From Gracilinanus agilis (Eukaryota), in contig NC_058131.1 of the NCBI RefSeq assembly GCF_016433145.1, positions 551,659,117 to 551,723,116 on the forward strand: a stretch of 64,000 nt of DNA, given 5' to 3'. Below the pieces are notes generated by a model. That model worked only from the letters and a program-made list of their open reading frames with translations. It ran no database searches and was not told the DNA's origin. Position 1 is the stretch's first letter; every line of letters begins with the position of its first letter. Both the position numbers and the translations under genes were made by a program. Of the stretch, positions 31,501-45,700 are shown in pieces.

Positions 31501-33085
31501 AGAGGTTTTGCAAATCTCAAAAGCATTATATAAATACTAGTTCATTATTATTAAAAACAACAGATGAGGGAGGGTAACATTAATTCCTCACAATATTTGT
31601 TTTGAACAATACCTTAATTCAAAGGAATATAATACTTTCATTTATGGATATAATAGCAGACTGGTGGGAAAATGGATGAATTGAGGAACAACCAGTTCTA
31701 TTCACATATCTTAGATTATTCTATATAATGGGCAGTTACCTACTTTGTCTCTCGAAATAAACTTGGCCCTGTTTCTTAGAGTTGGGTAAGTGGGAGACAA
31801 GAACAAAAGTAAAGAGAATTGTGAAATTGAGTGGTGGAGGTGGGACTAGATCCATATAGAAATCTAGGGCTAGAATGGCAGGTTGGTTCCCCCTCTTCCC
31901 CCTTCAGGTCCAGTCTAAGGGGTCTCCCCAAGAATGTGACTTCCAATGCTGATCTCTACTCTCCTGGGGCCCCATCCCTGCAGTGCCTTTCTTCCTGACT
32001 TGGAGCGTGGTGAACTCAGTACATTGGGCCAATGGATCAACACAGGCGCTGCCAGCCACTACCATCCTGCTGCTGCTAACGGTCTGGCTCCTGGTGGGCT
32101 TCCCTCTCACTGTCATAGGTGGCATCTTTGGTAAGAACAATGCCACTCCCTTTGATGCGCCCTGTAGGACCAAGAACATTGCCCGAGAGATCCCAGCCCA
32201 GCCCTGGTACAAGTCTACTGTTGTCCACATGACCATTGGTGGCTTTCTGCCCTTCAGGTATTTACCCTACATCTCCCACCTTTCAGGGCCCTGATTCTCT
32301 ACAAGCAGCTTCATAGATAATATAGGGTTTGGGCCTGGGTGTCCTACAGAGACCATTTCCTTCATTTCCCATATTAGACAGGATTTTTTTTTTAAGTTTT
32401 CTAGAGAGATTTATTGCTCACCTGTTACATTATTCTTTAATCATCAGAAACTTCTAATTTCGGACTTCATTTCCTCCCCGTTGTTACTAAAGCCTGTCAT
32501 AATTGGTTTGATCAACAGTGGGTCCACTAGACCCATGAGGGATGGGATTAAGTGGGGAATCCAAAGGAGGCTCCACACAGAGATAGAAAGGAGGGATGCC
32601 CATATTAGCCTCCTGAAATGGCCCAGGCTGGGAGTGGAAGGAAGCCCTTGGTCAGGTGTGTGCCTGCTGATCCTCTGCCCTCTCTTGACAGTGCCATCTC
32701 TGTGGAGCTCTACTACATCTTCGCTACGGTGTGGGGCCGGGAACAGTACACACTTTATGGCATCCTCTTCTTTGTCTTCGCCATCCTGCTGAGTGTGGGC
32801 GCCTGCATCTCCATTGCACTTACCTACTTCCAGCTCTCTGGAGAGGACTATCGCTGGTGGTGGCGCTCAGTGCTCAGCGTGGGCTCCACAGGCCTCTTCA
32901 TCTTCTTCTACTCTGTCTTCTACTATGCCCGGCGCTCCAACATGTCCGGCCCTGTGCAGACTGTGGAGTTCTTTGGCTACTCCTTCCTCACGGCCTACGT
33001 CTTCTTCCTCATGCTGGGCACCATTTCCTTCTTCTCTTCCCTCAAGTTCATCCGATACATCTATGTCAACCTCAAGATGGACTGA
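28530..33085 (+). CDS. TM9SF1: Transmembrane 9 superfamily member 1, 605 aa. Exons 28530-28871, 29678-30299, 30679-30864, 31984-32257, 32692-33085
   Basis: Signal peptide [25 protein letters not shown], then [15 protein letters not shown]...[11 protein letters not shown]...[14 protein letters not shown]...EDYRWWWRS...[13 protein letters not shown] (KxD COPI-type end). 1818 nt in frame. AATAAA at 33344-33349. Confidence 0.99.
31325..31550 (+). mobile_element. MIR
   Basis: gacttagaatcaggaagacctgagttcaaattctgccttactagc...ttcctcatctgtaaaatggggataacaatagcatctacttcacaggg. Confidence 0.8.
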
Positions 33086-33419
33086 GCCGGGAGCCAAGCC
33101 CCTTTGCTGCTGGGACGACCTGCTGCCCCTTCCTTAGTCAGGTTGGGGGTGGGTGGGGGTAGGGGTGTCTGTGTGCCTGGCTCTTGGTCTCCTTCCTGCT
33201 GTGCTATTCTCGAGCCTAGCCTCCACCCTTGTGGAAAGGCCCCATGAGTCTATAAATATCTATATATAGAAGGACTTATATATTAGAATTTTTAATTTGC
33301 TTTTCATTTTGGTTTCAATGGTTTTCTTTTTACAAATGTCACAAATAAAGTTTGTTAAAAAAATAACCTGACACATTTCAAATAGATGGGGCAGGGCGGG
33401 ACGAGGGTGGGGGCAGTAG

Positions 33420-33721
33420 TGGGATTAAGGAAGTGGCTGCGGACTGAGCTAGGCAGAGCCAGGCGAGGAGGCTCCCAATCCTTCTCCCAGCCGCCCTGGT
33501 TCGCCGTTTTCCAAAGCAGTGCTCTGTGCTCCCGCCCGCCGCTAGGGGGAGCACCTCCCTACTCTTTGACCGGAAGTATGGTGGGCGGTCCCTTCGGGCA
33601 ACTCGGGGACCGGGGAGCATGCGCCACTTCCGCTGGAAGCGGGTGTCAGTGTCCCCACGTGCAGCCCCTCCCCCTTCCCCTGGTGCCGGAGCTGCGGCCG
33701 GCAGCCGCTCCCTCTGCTGCC
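33420..33721 (+). promoter_or_regulatory. IPO4 CpG promoter, directly behind the TM9SF1 polyA site
   Basis: GC boxes (gggcggg, cccgccc), ETS gaccggaagt at about 33570 and cacttccgctggaagcgg at about 33624. Confidence 0.75.
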
Positions 33722-36700
33722 ATGGAGCCCGGGGAGCTGGACCGGATCCTGCGGGAATTGCTGCTGCCGGACACGGAGCGAATCCGCCTGGTACGAACTG
33801 GGGCTCTTGGGGCAAGGCAGGGCGGGGCGGGACCTAAGGAAGGGGGAACTCCCAGCTCCTGAGACCTGCTGTGTCCTTATGGCTCTCCCCAGGCCACCGA
33901 ACAGCTCCGGGCCGCTCTCCGAGACCCCAGCTCGGTGCCCGTATTGTGCGAGCTGCTGGCCCACGCTCCCGAGCCGCAGGTAAGAGAGCCCCGAATTTCC
34001 TGACCGGTATCGAAGCTTTCCCAGTTCGTTAAAAGCACTGATCCGATCCAGAGGTCTTCCAAGCCCCCCTCCTACTCACCATTGACCTCTGACCTTCGAA
34101 GCTCGACCTCTTTACCATACACTTAAAAATCTGGGATTTCCTGGATCCCACCTGTTGGTTTTCTGTGATTTCTTAGATTCCCTTCTCTAGATCATTCCTT
34201 AACTTCCACTCCAACTTAACTCCTCACTTATGGTACCCCACTCTCCTTTTTATTTAGTGTTTTTTCTTTAACCTTAGAGCTCTCTTGGCACCATCATACC
34301 TCTTTCCTAGAATCTGCCATTTGGGATTCCAGAGCACTTACCCTAATTGTAACTTTTCCCTCACATTGAGTCCTTAATTTGTACTGCCTTGAGGTCACTG
34401 ACCTCCAGCACTTAGGATGCCTTGATAATTTGATCCCTGATCTTGGGTCTCATACTTTTTGTCCGAAGAATTACCCTATTCTCTATCCTAAGTCCTAAAA
34501 GTAGGAACGTCATTTTTTATCCCTGCCCCTCCCTCTGTAATGGGATCTCTTGGGCTATCTCTTTTCTCCTGCCTCCTGTGCCCCATCATCTTCCTATTTG
34601 CATTGTTCTAACTCTTAGTCCTCCTTCCACACCCCAGATCCGGCAGTTTTCTGCACTGTTGATCAGGAGGAGGCTTAACACTCGTTGGAGGCGGTTGCCA
34701 CAGGACAATCGGGAAAGGTGAGGACTCTAACCAGGGATTTAAGAATGGTGGGGAGGATCAGAAATACTCAAGCATAGAATATCCTAAGTGGTTTCTACCC
34801 TTTTATGTTCTAGTCTGAAATCCCTGGTGTTGACATCCCTGAAGAATGAGAGAGTGTGAGTATGAATCTGTTCCTTTCTCAAATGTTTCTTGAGCCTCCT
34901 TTTCCTGATTTCATATGCCTCCTCTCAGCTCAGGTTCCTGATTCCTTGAGCAAGATATCCCTGAAAGGATATTACACATCAAATAGAAGTGGAAATATCA
35001 CATCCGTTAGAAAAAAAGAAAGTAGCTAGGTTGTGAGGTTTGTCATACAGAAAGAGAATGTGTAGAAAATGATAGTATTACACAAGTGGGTCTGTGTCCA
35101 TGACCTTGTAAATACTAGCTCTGTATCATGCTACTAGATCCCTTTTATTTTTGGATTGAAAGTAAGATATGGCTTCTTCAATCTTAGACACAACGTGAGC
35201 CTCAGCCTGGCTCAGTTGTCAGCAACCATCCTGAGGAATGAAGGCCTGGATGCCTGGCCTCAGTTGATGCAACTGCTTCAGCACAGCACTCGGAGCTCCA
35301 ATATCTCTGAAAAGGAGGTATGGTTCATGGAGCTTGGGAGGGCTGAGAATGTCAGAGGGTTAAAACACAATCAAAGCTCAGGACAGAAAAGGGTATAGGA
35401 TAATTTTTCTTCTACCTTCCTTCTTCTTGAGCAGATGGGACTACTTCTCCTGAGTGTGGTGGTGACCTCACGCCCTGAGGCATTCAGACCACACCATCGT
35501 GAGCTGCTTCGACTATTGAATGAGACTATGGTGGAGTCAGCCTCCCCTGGGCTGCTCTACTACTCCCTTCGGACTCTAACCACCATGACACCCTACCTGT
35601 GCCCCAGTGACTTGGTGAGAAACCATCTTTTTACCCTTCATACTTACATGTACCTCACCTGGGGTATCTTCTAGAATCCACTGTCTTCTGATGAGGTTAA
35701 ACTAATGAAATCATCTTTCATCTCTAGTGTTCTTACAAGACTCTTGATTATTTTAAATGAGTAACCAAGAAACTTTCTAAATTGTACATCCTCTTCATTC
35801 TGTCTCTATGAGCTCATTCTTTCTCCCCAGATATGAATCAGTCAACATTTACTAAGCCTCCTTTGGGCCAGGCACTGTGTGCTGAGTGCTGAGGATATAA
35901 ATAGAGGCAAAAGACAGTCCCTGCCCTCATGGAGCTTAAAGCCTGACAGGAGACAATAAGCAAACAAGGGAAAGCTCTGCTCTACAAAGCTCAAAGGCAT
36001 TAGCTATAACATTTATGTTCCAGTACTATGTTCCTGTCTATCTTATTACCTATTCTGTACTCTTTCAGCCTCATGCCAGGACTCTGGTGCCCAAGGTCAT
36101 TTTGGCAATCCAAACATTAATCCGAGTGGATGAGGTGAGAGTGAAGGGCAAGAGCCCTGCTGGAGAGGGGAGAAGAACATACAGTTCAGGTCCCCTCCAC
36201 AAGGCATCTATGCAGACTGTTTGTCTTTTTAATCTTAGGCAAAGGCCTGTGAAGTACTGGAAGCCCTAGATGAGTTGCTAGAATCTGATTTACCAATCAT
36301 CACCCCTTACCTCTCTGAAGTTCTCAACTTCTGCCTGGAGGTAAGGAAGACTGGCAGAGCCTCCTTGTTTGCTCCCTTGTCAGGACATTTTTCCATCTCT
36401 AAATTACATTTGTTTGGGGCACAGGTGGCTAGGACCTGCACACTGGGAGATGCAGTACGAGTACGGATTCTCTGCTGTGTCTCTTTCCTGGTCAAACTTA
36501 AGAGCAAGGTGGGTAACTTCTTTGTTGCTCCGTCCCCCAACCTACACTGCCCCAGGTATTCTTTGGACCATCCCCACCTTTTCATTGGGCTTCCTTGCCT
36601 AATTTTAGAGTCTTAGATGTGTGCATTGTGTATATAGCAAGTAGCCCAATGGAGAAGTCAATCTCAAGCCCTGGACTCTTAATCCCACAAACCAGTTGTT

Positions 36701-39700
36701 TTTCCCACATCATAAGGTTCCCTAGATTTCTTCTAGGTTTGCAACTAGGCTTTGGGGACTAGAAGGAAGGGGGTAGTAGGAGTGAAGAGACCCCCAAGCC
36801 ATAGAATCCTGTAATATCTGCTCATAGGCTCTGTTGAAACACCGACTCCTGAACACATTATTGTGCACCCTCTTCCCCATCATCACTTCTGAGCCCCCTC
36901 CAGGGCAGCTGGACCCTGAAGACCAAGATACTGAAGAGGAGGAGCCAGAAGGAGGCCTGGAGGTGGAGACACCCAAGCAATTTGCTGTGCAGGTGGGAAG
37001 GGAAATATGAGGTCTTAGTGGGCCACAAGGAAATTAACTAGAAGATGTAGAATAAGGGAGGAAAGAGGTTAAGAAACAAGGTTTAGCTAAAGGAAGAAAG
37101 GCTAGGATCCAGCGAAGAAGAAAATTAGGATTGGAAGTAGATGGGGATTGTTGAGGGTAGTGGGGAAGAGAACTGAGGTGAAGCTGAAAGACTCCTTTTT
37201 TTAGGTGATAGATGTGCTGGCCCTGCATCTAGCTCCAGAGAAACTGTTTCCACAGTTGGTGAGTATTATTTAGATGCTTCTTCACCTTAACCTAATCTAT
37301 TTCTTGATAGTGCATTGAATGCTGATATTTCCGTGGCAGCACTGGGCATGTAGATCTGAAGATCATAAATTTGGAATTGCAGGAAACGTTAGAGGCTATC
37401 TGGTTAAGTTCTTTGAACTTTAGAGACCATCTAGTTAAGTCACCACTTTACACTCAAAGAAACGGGGCCCCACAAAGGTTAAATAACTTACTCTCAATCA
37501 CAGCAGGAGTAAGTCGCGGAGCTGGGAGGCAAACCCTCTGACTACTACCCCCTTCGGAGGGAGGATCTGATACTTCTGATTGGGGCTGGAAGGGTGGAGC
37601 ACAGAGTGGAAGAGCAGTAACAGAGATGTCAGCTTATCTTTCCACTTCTATAGATGCCATTGCTGGAAGAAGCCCTTCATGGACAAAGCCCGTATCAACG
37701 AAAAGCAGGACTTTTATTGCTGGCTGTGTTGTCTGATGGTGCTGGGGACTATATCAGACAGAGGTAGGCCCAGGAACGTGGAGGGATAGGACCTGATTCT
37801 AAAGAGGGGCATGAGGGTCTGAAGGTATTTGGACAAAGGAAAGGAGAGACAAGAAGCTCCGAGTAGGAGCGAAGAAAGTAGAATTTTCCTAGAAACTACT
37901 TCCTTTCCCCCCATTTTGGTATTGTAGGGTCCATTGCCGGGTTCCCTCTATCTCAGACCTTCCCTTCTTGGCCTTGCTGCCGCCCCCCTAGACTGATGAC
38001 CCCACTGCTGGAGACTGTGTGCAAGGGTTTGGCTGATCCTTCCCAGGTGGTGCGCAATGCTGCACTGTTTGCCATGGGCCAATTCTCTGAGAACCTGCAG
38101 GTTAGTAAGATAGAAGCAGGTGCCTCCTGTCCACACCTTCCCCCCCCTTTGAATTCTGCCCAAATAAAGCCCACTGCTCTCACTCTGCTGTGTCCTTCCC
38201 CTTCTTTTTCCTTGGGAACCTTGGGTCTTTTGCTCCCACCCCAGGTCTCTACTCGCCACCCAAAGCTCTGTCTCCTCTTCATTCAAACTTCACCCTCACC
38301 TGACCTGATCTCTTCCTCTTCCTCTCTGTAGCCTAATATCAGCAGCTTCTCTGGTGAAGTGATGCCCCTCCTCCTGTCATACCTCCAGTCTGTGCCACCT
38401 GGAAACACACGGCACCTTGCCAAGGCCTGTTATGCCCTGGAGAATTTTGTGGAGAGCATGGGTATGAGGCAGAGGGCTCACAGGGAGGTGGGGGGGTGGA
38501 CTTGGCAGTGACTGAGGAATTGTGTGCCCATTATTTTAAGACCAGTGGCATGGAAATGTATTTGCCACTGTAGTAGCATAGAATGGGACAGGCAGAGCAT
38601 CTTGTTCTCTTAGATACTGCCTACTGCTCAGACAGAGATTGGGATGATTCACTAAGTTGTTCCTTCAGTTGATAGGAAGTGGCTGGGTCCAGAGAAGGCC
38701 ATGGCCTGACCGTTCTGCATGGTATAGTCAGTTGATGTTGGCTGATGACACAGTGTGGATGAATGACTAGAATTCTTATCCTGCCTCTACTTCTACCTGT
38801 GTGACCTCAGGCTTCAGTTTTCTCATGTATAGTGAGGGGTTTGTCTGCGTGGTCTCTGAGTTCCTTTCTAGCTCTGTAGTTCTCTGATCCTTATAGGACA
38901 AGAGGTGGAGCCATACCTCCAAGAGTTGATGGAGCGGATGCTACAGCCCCTTCGAGAACCTACCAGCCCCAGAGCCAAGGAGTTGGCTGTGAGCGCGATG
39001 GGGGCCATCGGTGAGGTGGGGAGAGAGGGCTGCGCTGCCCAGGTTGGGGGTGGAAGGGCTATACTCTGACTACCTGGAAAAAGTTGTGCAGGCCTCTCCA
39101 AAGATTGTATTTGTGGAGATCTTTTCCAACTCCTAGTTCCCCTAACTTCACCATTCCTGCAGCCAGTGCGGCCCAAAGTTCCCTGATACCTTACTTTCCC
39201 ACCATCATGGAGCATCTCCGGGAATACCTGGTGACTGGGCGTGAGGACCTTCGAGCTGTGCAGATACAGAGTCTTGGTGAGTTTGCCTTTCTCGAGGGCC
39301 ATCCAGTTCTTCAGAGCATCCCTGCCCCTATCTCCCCTCCTTACTATTCCCAATTTCTGCTTGTTTTCCTGGAGGCTCTGTCTTATTCCGGCCAAATTCT
39401 TGTGGGTCTTCATTTTGCCCCTTCTAAGGGTGAAAAAGGGGTTTTATAGGTTCAATATATTAAAGATGGTCTCCAGGGGATTGAACTATTATCAATCCTC
39501 AATTAAGAATAATCTCAAATCAAAATTGACTTTTATGGAAGTTTATTTACTTGAGAGAAGAGAGAGGGGAAGAAAATAAGAATCTATCTCACTAATTAAT
39601 CCAGGTAGATCTTAACCCTCTGCCGACAGTTAAAGGGCCTGAGGCCTGGAGGTGAATGGAGCAAGCTTCATTCACAGAGTCTATAAAAGGAAGTTTCTTA

Positions 39701-42700
39701 ATAGAAGTTCGGGAAGATTCAGTCTTTAAACTCACCACGTGGAACAGTCTCAGTCACAAACCAGCAAAGCTCCCTCAGGTCCCCTTCACCAAACCAGAAG
39801 CCACCTCACTCAACTCCCTCTTTTATAGGGGTCACGTATGGGTCACTTCCAGTGCCTTCCCCTAGCCTGCCTGTCCAATCACAATAGACACTTTCTCATA
39901 GAAAGTGTAGGGGGTGGTCCGTTGATTCTGAATTACTCACTCTAGCACACATGGGTTAGGACCTCCCAGAATTTGAGGTATTCTCACCTTTGGTGATTAA
40001 ATCTAAAGATGGCAGTGTAGACTTAATCTAATCACACCCTCCAGATTTGTTTCACTACCTTATGTTTGGCCTCACAGATTCCTGACTGATCTCATCTCCT
40101 TCCTGTCATCCAGCCCAAAGTCCCTCCCCCAGGAGCATTTTAGCCCATCTGGCTTTGAATGCTATACTTTCTCCCTGTCTTTCTTGACCTTCCTTAGAAA
40201 CACTGGGAGTTTTGGCTCGAGCGTTGGGAGAGCCAATGAAGCCCTTGGCTGAGGAGTGTTGCCTCCTGGGACTGCGCCTCTGTGACCAGGTGGATGACCC
40301 TGATCTTCGTCGATGCACGTGAGTCATTTCTCATTCTCAGCCTGATCTCTACCTCCTGAAATGGGAGGGGGGTGGGGGGGGTGGGGGGCTGGCCTTCTCA
40401 ACCTGTACAAATTCTTGTCCCCGACTATTTCAGGATCCCTGAGCCATTTCTTCTCATTCTGAATCTTTGTCGTTATCCCTTGTCATCACAACTTCTTCAC
40501 CTATCCTTGATCTACTTTCTTGTGCTGCTTGTCCTTTTTTCAGTAGCTTATGCTTTGAATAACCCTTTTTCTGTTTGCTCTGCTTCCCCTCAAAGGTATA
40601 GTTTGTTCGCAGCACTGTCAGGGCTGATGGGTATGGGCTTGGTCCCCCACCTACCAAAAATCACCGCACTTATGATGTCCTCACTGCGCTCAACTGAGGG
40701 CATTGTGGTAAGGATGGGACTAGAGAAGGTGGAGATGTTCTGGGCTGTGGCTCAAGAAAGACTAGTGGGAAGATAGAGTAAGTTCCTGCTAAATAACCTG
40801 TTATCCCTCTTGCAGCCCGTCTATGACACAAGCACTACCTTCCTGCTTTTCGATGATAGTGATGGAGAAGAGGAAGAGGAGGAGCTGATGGATGAAGATA
40901 CTGAGGAAGAAGAAGAGGACTCTGATATCTCAGGGTGTGAAACCTGGGGGGAGGCAAGGAGGGCTGATGGGGTAGGGACTTTTAGTCATTGAGACAGCCC
41001 ATTAACTAGGAGCTGACGTGCCTCCATATCTGGTCATCCTTCATCTTTATGTTCTTTTTGGCCACCTCTTTCTCTAAAGCTGGTGTTATCTCCCTCTTAA
41101 AATCCCCTTGTGTTTTATTTACCTGTGCATATTATATCACCTCTGGTAGAAATTAAGTTTCTTGGATGGAGACAGAGATTGTTTTGTGTTTTTTTTAGCA
41201 CCAGTACTTGGAGCACAGTAGCCACTTCAATTTAATAAATCAATCAGCAGTTATTGCTTTTTTGGCTTTCTGTGGGCTAAGGACTATGTTAGTAGGTACA
41301 GGAGATACAAAAGGAAAAAAATTACACCTGTCCTCAAGGAGCTTATATTCTCTTGAGAGAACTGATGAAATTTGAGAAACTGAAAGCATTTACCTCTGTG
41401 GGGATCAAAAAATATTTCCCACAGGAGGGAATCCTCAATCTGAGCCAAGAAGAAACTTGGGATTCATAGAGGTGAGAAGCATGCCTGCTTTCCTGGCATG
41501 AAGTATAGCCTGTGCTAAGTTACTGAGTTGGGAGAGAAGGAATGTCAACTTGGAAGAATCTAAGTATGTAAGTTTGGGATATCACAGAATGCTCGAAAGG
41601 AAGAGAATTGACCTGAGCTTAGAAAAGGAATGCTGGTGTTGGACCTGGATTGTGAAGAGCTAAAAATACTAACCTGGGGAGCTTGCATTTTTACCATGGA
41701 GATAATAGGGAACCACTGAATTCCTGAAGTGGGGAGTGACATGGTCAGGTTTCTGTGCAGGAAGATTATTTTAGCGGCTGAGTAGGGGATTGAGTTAAAG
41801 AAGGGTAAGTCTAGGAGCAGGGAAATCAACTAGAAGGATACTGTAGTAGGGCCAGACTGACCAGGGTGGTGACCATTAATGGGACTGGAGAAAATGGAGT
41901 CGATTTAAGAAGTAGAAGAGACATTGCATTGATAGATTTGGCATGTAATTGGTTGCAAGAAGGAGAAGGAGGAGTCTAGAATGACACCAAAGCTGTAAAT
42001 CTGGGTACACTAAAAGGATTTTGAAGACCTCAGTAGAAATAGGAAGATTTGGAGTGGAAGCAATTTGAATATGTTGAGTTCAAAATGCCAATGGAACCTT
42101 CAGAAGCAGATGTCCACAGGCAGGTGGTGATGTGGAACTGGAGGTCAGGAGATGGATGAGGAGCCAGAAAAATAAATTAGAGACATCTTCATGGATGAGG
42201 ACTAGAGGTATGAATGAATGAATGAATGAGTGAATGAATGAATGAATGAATGAATGAATGAATGAATGAATAGGCATTTGTTGCATGCTCGCTATAAGCA
42301 AAGCCTTGTGTTCAGTGGTAGGGATTAAAGTAGAAAAGTACAGATAATGCTTGCGCTCTCTCTTGCATCTTATTTGAATGGTAGAGACAATACCCACAGA
42401 GGAAGTTTCAGCTCTGAAGTGAGATGGAAAGGTTTCCTAGTCATGAAGTTGCTGTGGAGATATTTTATTATCTATAGGTAGTTGACTTTTCATTTCTTAA
42501 AAATATTTTTATTATAAATTTTAAAGACCAAAGAAATTAAGTGTTTCCATATATACAGAACACAAAAAAGATTGTATATGAATCCATGAATCTCCATGTA
42601 ATACCACTTGCTTTAAAAAAATAATGAATTCCAAAATGGCTCTCAATCCACTGAGCCATCCAGCTGCCCCCTCTGGGTAGGTTTTTTGTTGATAATTTCT

Positions 42701-45700
42701 TGATTCAAACTTTCTAAAAATCAATTTTCAAGGAACCCAGTGATTTTTTCCCCCCCCTTAACCTTTACCTTTCAGTATTGGTTCCAAAGCAGAAGAGCAG
42801 TAAAGACTAGGCAATGGGAATTAAGTAACTTGTCTTAAGTCACTTAATTAAGTCACACAGCTAGGAAGTATCTGAGATCAAATTTGAACCCAAGACCTCC
42901 TATCTCCATCCACTGAGCCATCTAGCTGCCCCTCTGTGTCCAGTGATTCTTAAATACCTCCTTGACTTGTTTTCCAGGTCAATTATTTTTGATAATCAAC
43001 ATGTTAATATTTGATTTTTTTTTTCATCTTTTGATTTTGTTCTTATGTTTTCTACTATCTCAAAGTCATTTAGGTTTGGTCAAGTATAGTTTTCATTTCT
43101 TCTGCTAAACTGTATTTGGGGACATTTCTGGACAATTTTTTTTTTTTAAATACTGCTTGGTGACTTTGGTTAACTCATCTCTCCAGCTTTGGTTCCTAAA
43201 AGTTTTGGTTCCTAAGGGTTTGTGCCAAGTTACCCCCACCCTTTCCAGGGTTTGTTTTCCTTATGGCTTTCTCCTTCATTCTTAAATCTATAGTCACAGA
43301 TCCTATAGGCTACATGTTTCTCTGGCCCATCTTTGGTCCAGCTAGGAAGTGACTAACATGTTTACCTGCACTGGCACTAGGTTAAAAAGCAACCCTAATT
43401 CCTATTGCCCATGGATATATGGCTGACTTTTTATATATAGTCATAGAGCAGAAGACATAACTTACTGTAGTTTCTCATTGGATTTCTTTATCATTTTTCA
43501 ATCTTCTGTGACTGTCAGGCTTTTACTTGAGTAGGTTTAAGGGAACTAGGCAGTCACCCTAACCACTCAATGTTAAGGAAGGATTTTTAGTGATGTGGTG
43601 GTTATATTGGGCAGAGTAGCTTCCATCTAATCCTGGACCACAGCGTCTCCCAAATCCTATAATCTCTAATAATTGGTTATAGCCCTACTCCCCCAGAACT
43701 GTTGATAGAGAGGTAAGGAGTCACAAATGTTGCTGTTAATGGAGAATACCCACTGGATGTTGGTGGCTTTCTGTCACTTTACGTAACTGCAGAGTTAGAA
43801 CAGCCTATAAGCAGAGGAAGACAGCTGGACAAAGGAACCCTCTACACAGGATATTATCCTCTTGGGTCCAGTGTGAAAAGTAGATTCTGGATAGACTAAC
43901 TAGATTCTTGGAGGGAGACCCCAGACTGTAGCCTTGTTGCAGAGACACAGGGTGACGTAACCATAGACTCTGGGGTAACAGGTAGGTGGAAGTGAAAGGG
44001 TCCTGTTGAGGAAAAAGGCCTCCAGACCCATTTCCTGAATAGGACTAGGGCCGGGGCAGGCTCGTCCTCTAGTCCAATGGCCAGGGCTCCTCTCTTTAGC
44101 ACTCCATATATCCTGTTGTGCCACTTACTACGTTTGTGGAACTTAATTGAATTTCTCCTTTTTCTACAAGGTATAATGTAGAGAATGCCTTCTTTGATGA
44201 GAAGGAAGACACCTGTACTGCCCTGGGAGAAATCTCTGTAAATGCCAGGTATGCCGTGCTTCCATCCTGCTGTCCTCTCTCCTCCTTCCTCTGGATGGAG
44301 GGAGCCTCTCCCTCATGTTGGCATTTTTCTTCCTCAGTGTGGCCTTCTTTCCCTACATGAATTCTGCCTTTGAGGAAGTGTTTAAACTGCTGGAGGTGAG
44401 GTCTTGGTCAGGGGCCAGGGAAGGGCTGAGTGGGGAGGACAGAGAACTTTTGAATAGGGCAACAAGCGCAACCTCTGCTGTCTGTCTCCTTCTTTCCACC
44501 AGTGTCCCCACATAAATGTCCGAAAGTCAGCCTATGAAACCCTGGGCCAGTTTTGCTGTTCTCTTCACAAGGTTTACCAGTCCTGCCCCCATGAGCCGAA
44601 TAGCTGTGGTAAGGAGGGAAGGCCACCTTTGCGTGTGCTTTGGTACCATCCAGGGCAGGCTGGGCGAGGACTGGAGAGCTATCCCGAGACTTCCTGGTGC
44701 ATCAGGACAACGTTGCTTTTCTAGCACTGATGGTGGCCCTGAACCGAACGATCCCATCCTTCCTGAAGGCAGTGAATACGGACCGTGAGCGGCTGGTGGT
44801 CATGTCTGTGCTGGAGGCCCTGAATAGCGTGCTCCGGAGCTGTGGGCTCTTTGTGCTCCATCCTCCTTGCCGCTTGCCTGAGCTCTGCAAAGTCATCAAG
44901 GCTGTGCTGCAGAAGAAGGTGAGAGCCCTACGGGGAGGGACCCCGAAGAGAGCAGGGAAGGACAGTCCGGCCCTCCACCCTCCCCGACCCGGGGCTGAGC
45001 TTACCTTGTCTTCTAGATAGCGTGTCAGGACCCAGAAGAGGAAGAGGAAGATGAGATGGAACAGGTGAGAGGAGGGGGCTGAGAAAATCAGGTATGGGAG
45101 GGACGTGGTCTGGAACCTGCTGCCAGTTAACGGTGTTTCTCGAGGGCCTCTTATGTGACCGGCACGAAGCTAAGCTCCAAAAGAGAAAAAGATGTGCCGG
45201 ATAAGGGATTTAGACCCCCAGGTCAGGGGCTAGCTAGAGGGCAAACAGGGCAGAAGGGGAGATCGCTGGAGGCTCGCAGAGATGGAGAAAGGCGAATCCA
45301 GAGTGCTTGAACCAAAGGGATGGATGGGGGAAGAGGGGGGTGCCATCTGCATCTAGGATATTCAAAGGGAGAGGGAGAGTCGGGGAGTGGAGGAATGAAT
45401 GGGGGCTTTGAGGAGTAAGACGGCAGGGAAGGAGCCTTCCTGAGGTGCCTGAGCCCTTAGAGCTGGCCAGGCTGGCTGGGGGGCTTTCCTTGGTTGGGCT
45501 CGTCCTCTGAGCGCCTCGGCCCACAGGCGGAGTATGATGCCATGCTGTTGGAGCATGCAGGAGAAGTCATTCCAGCTTTGGCGAGCGCCTCTGGAGGAGA
45601 CACCTTCGCCCCCTTCTTTGCTGGTTTCTTACCTCTGCTGCTACGCAAGGCAGTGAGTGACTCCTTTGACTTCTGACCCCTGCCGCTAAGCCTCCCCTGA

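Noticed and set aside
43020-44130. Unique-looking 1.1 kb in IPO4 intron 19 as a possible snoRNA host or LTR
   Set aside because: No convincing C/D or H/ACA box pair with terminal stem, and no LTR termini.
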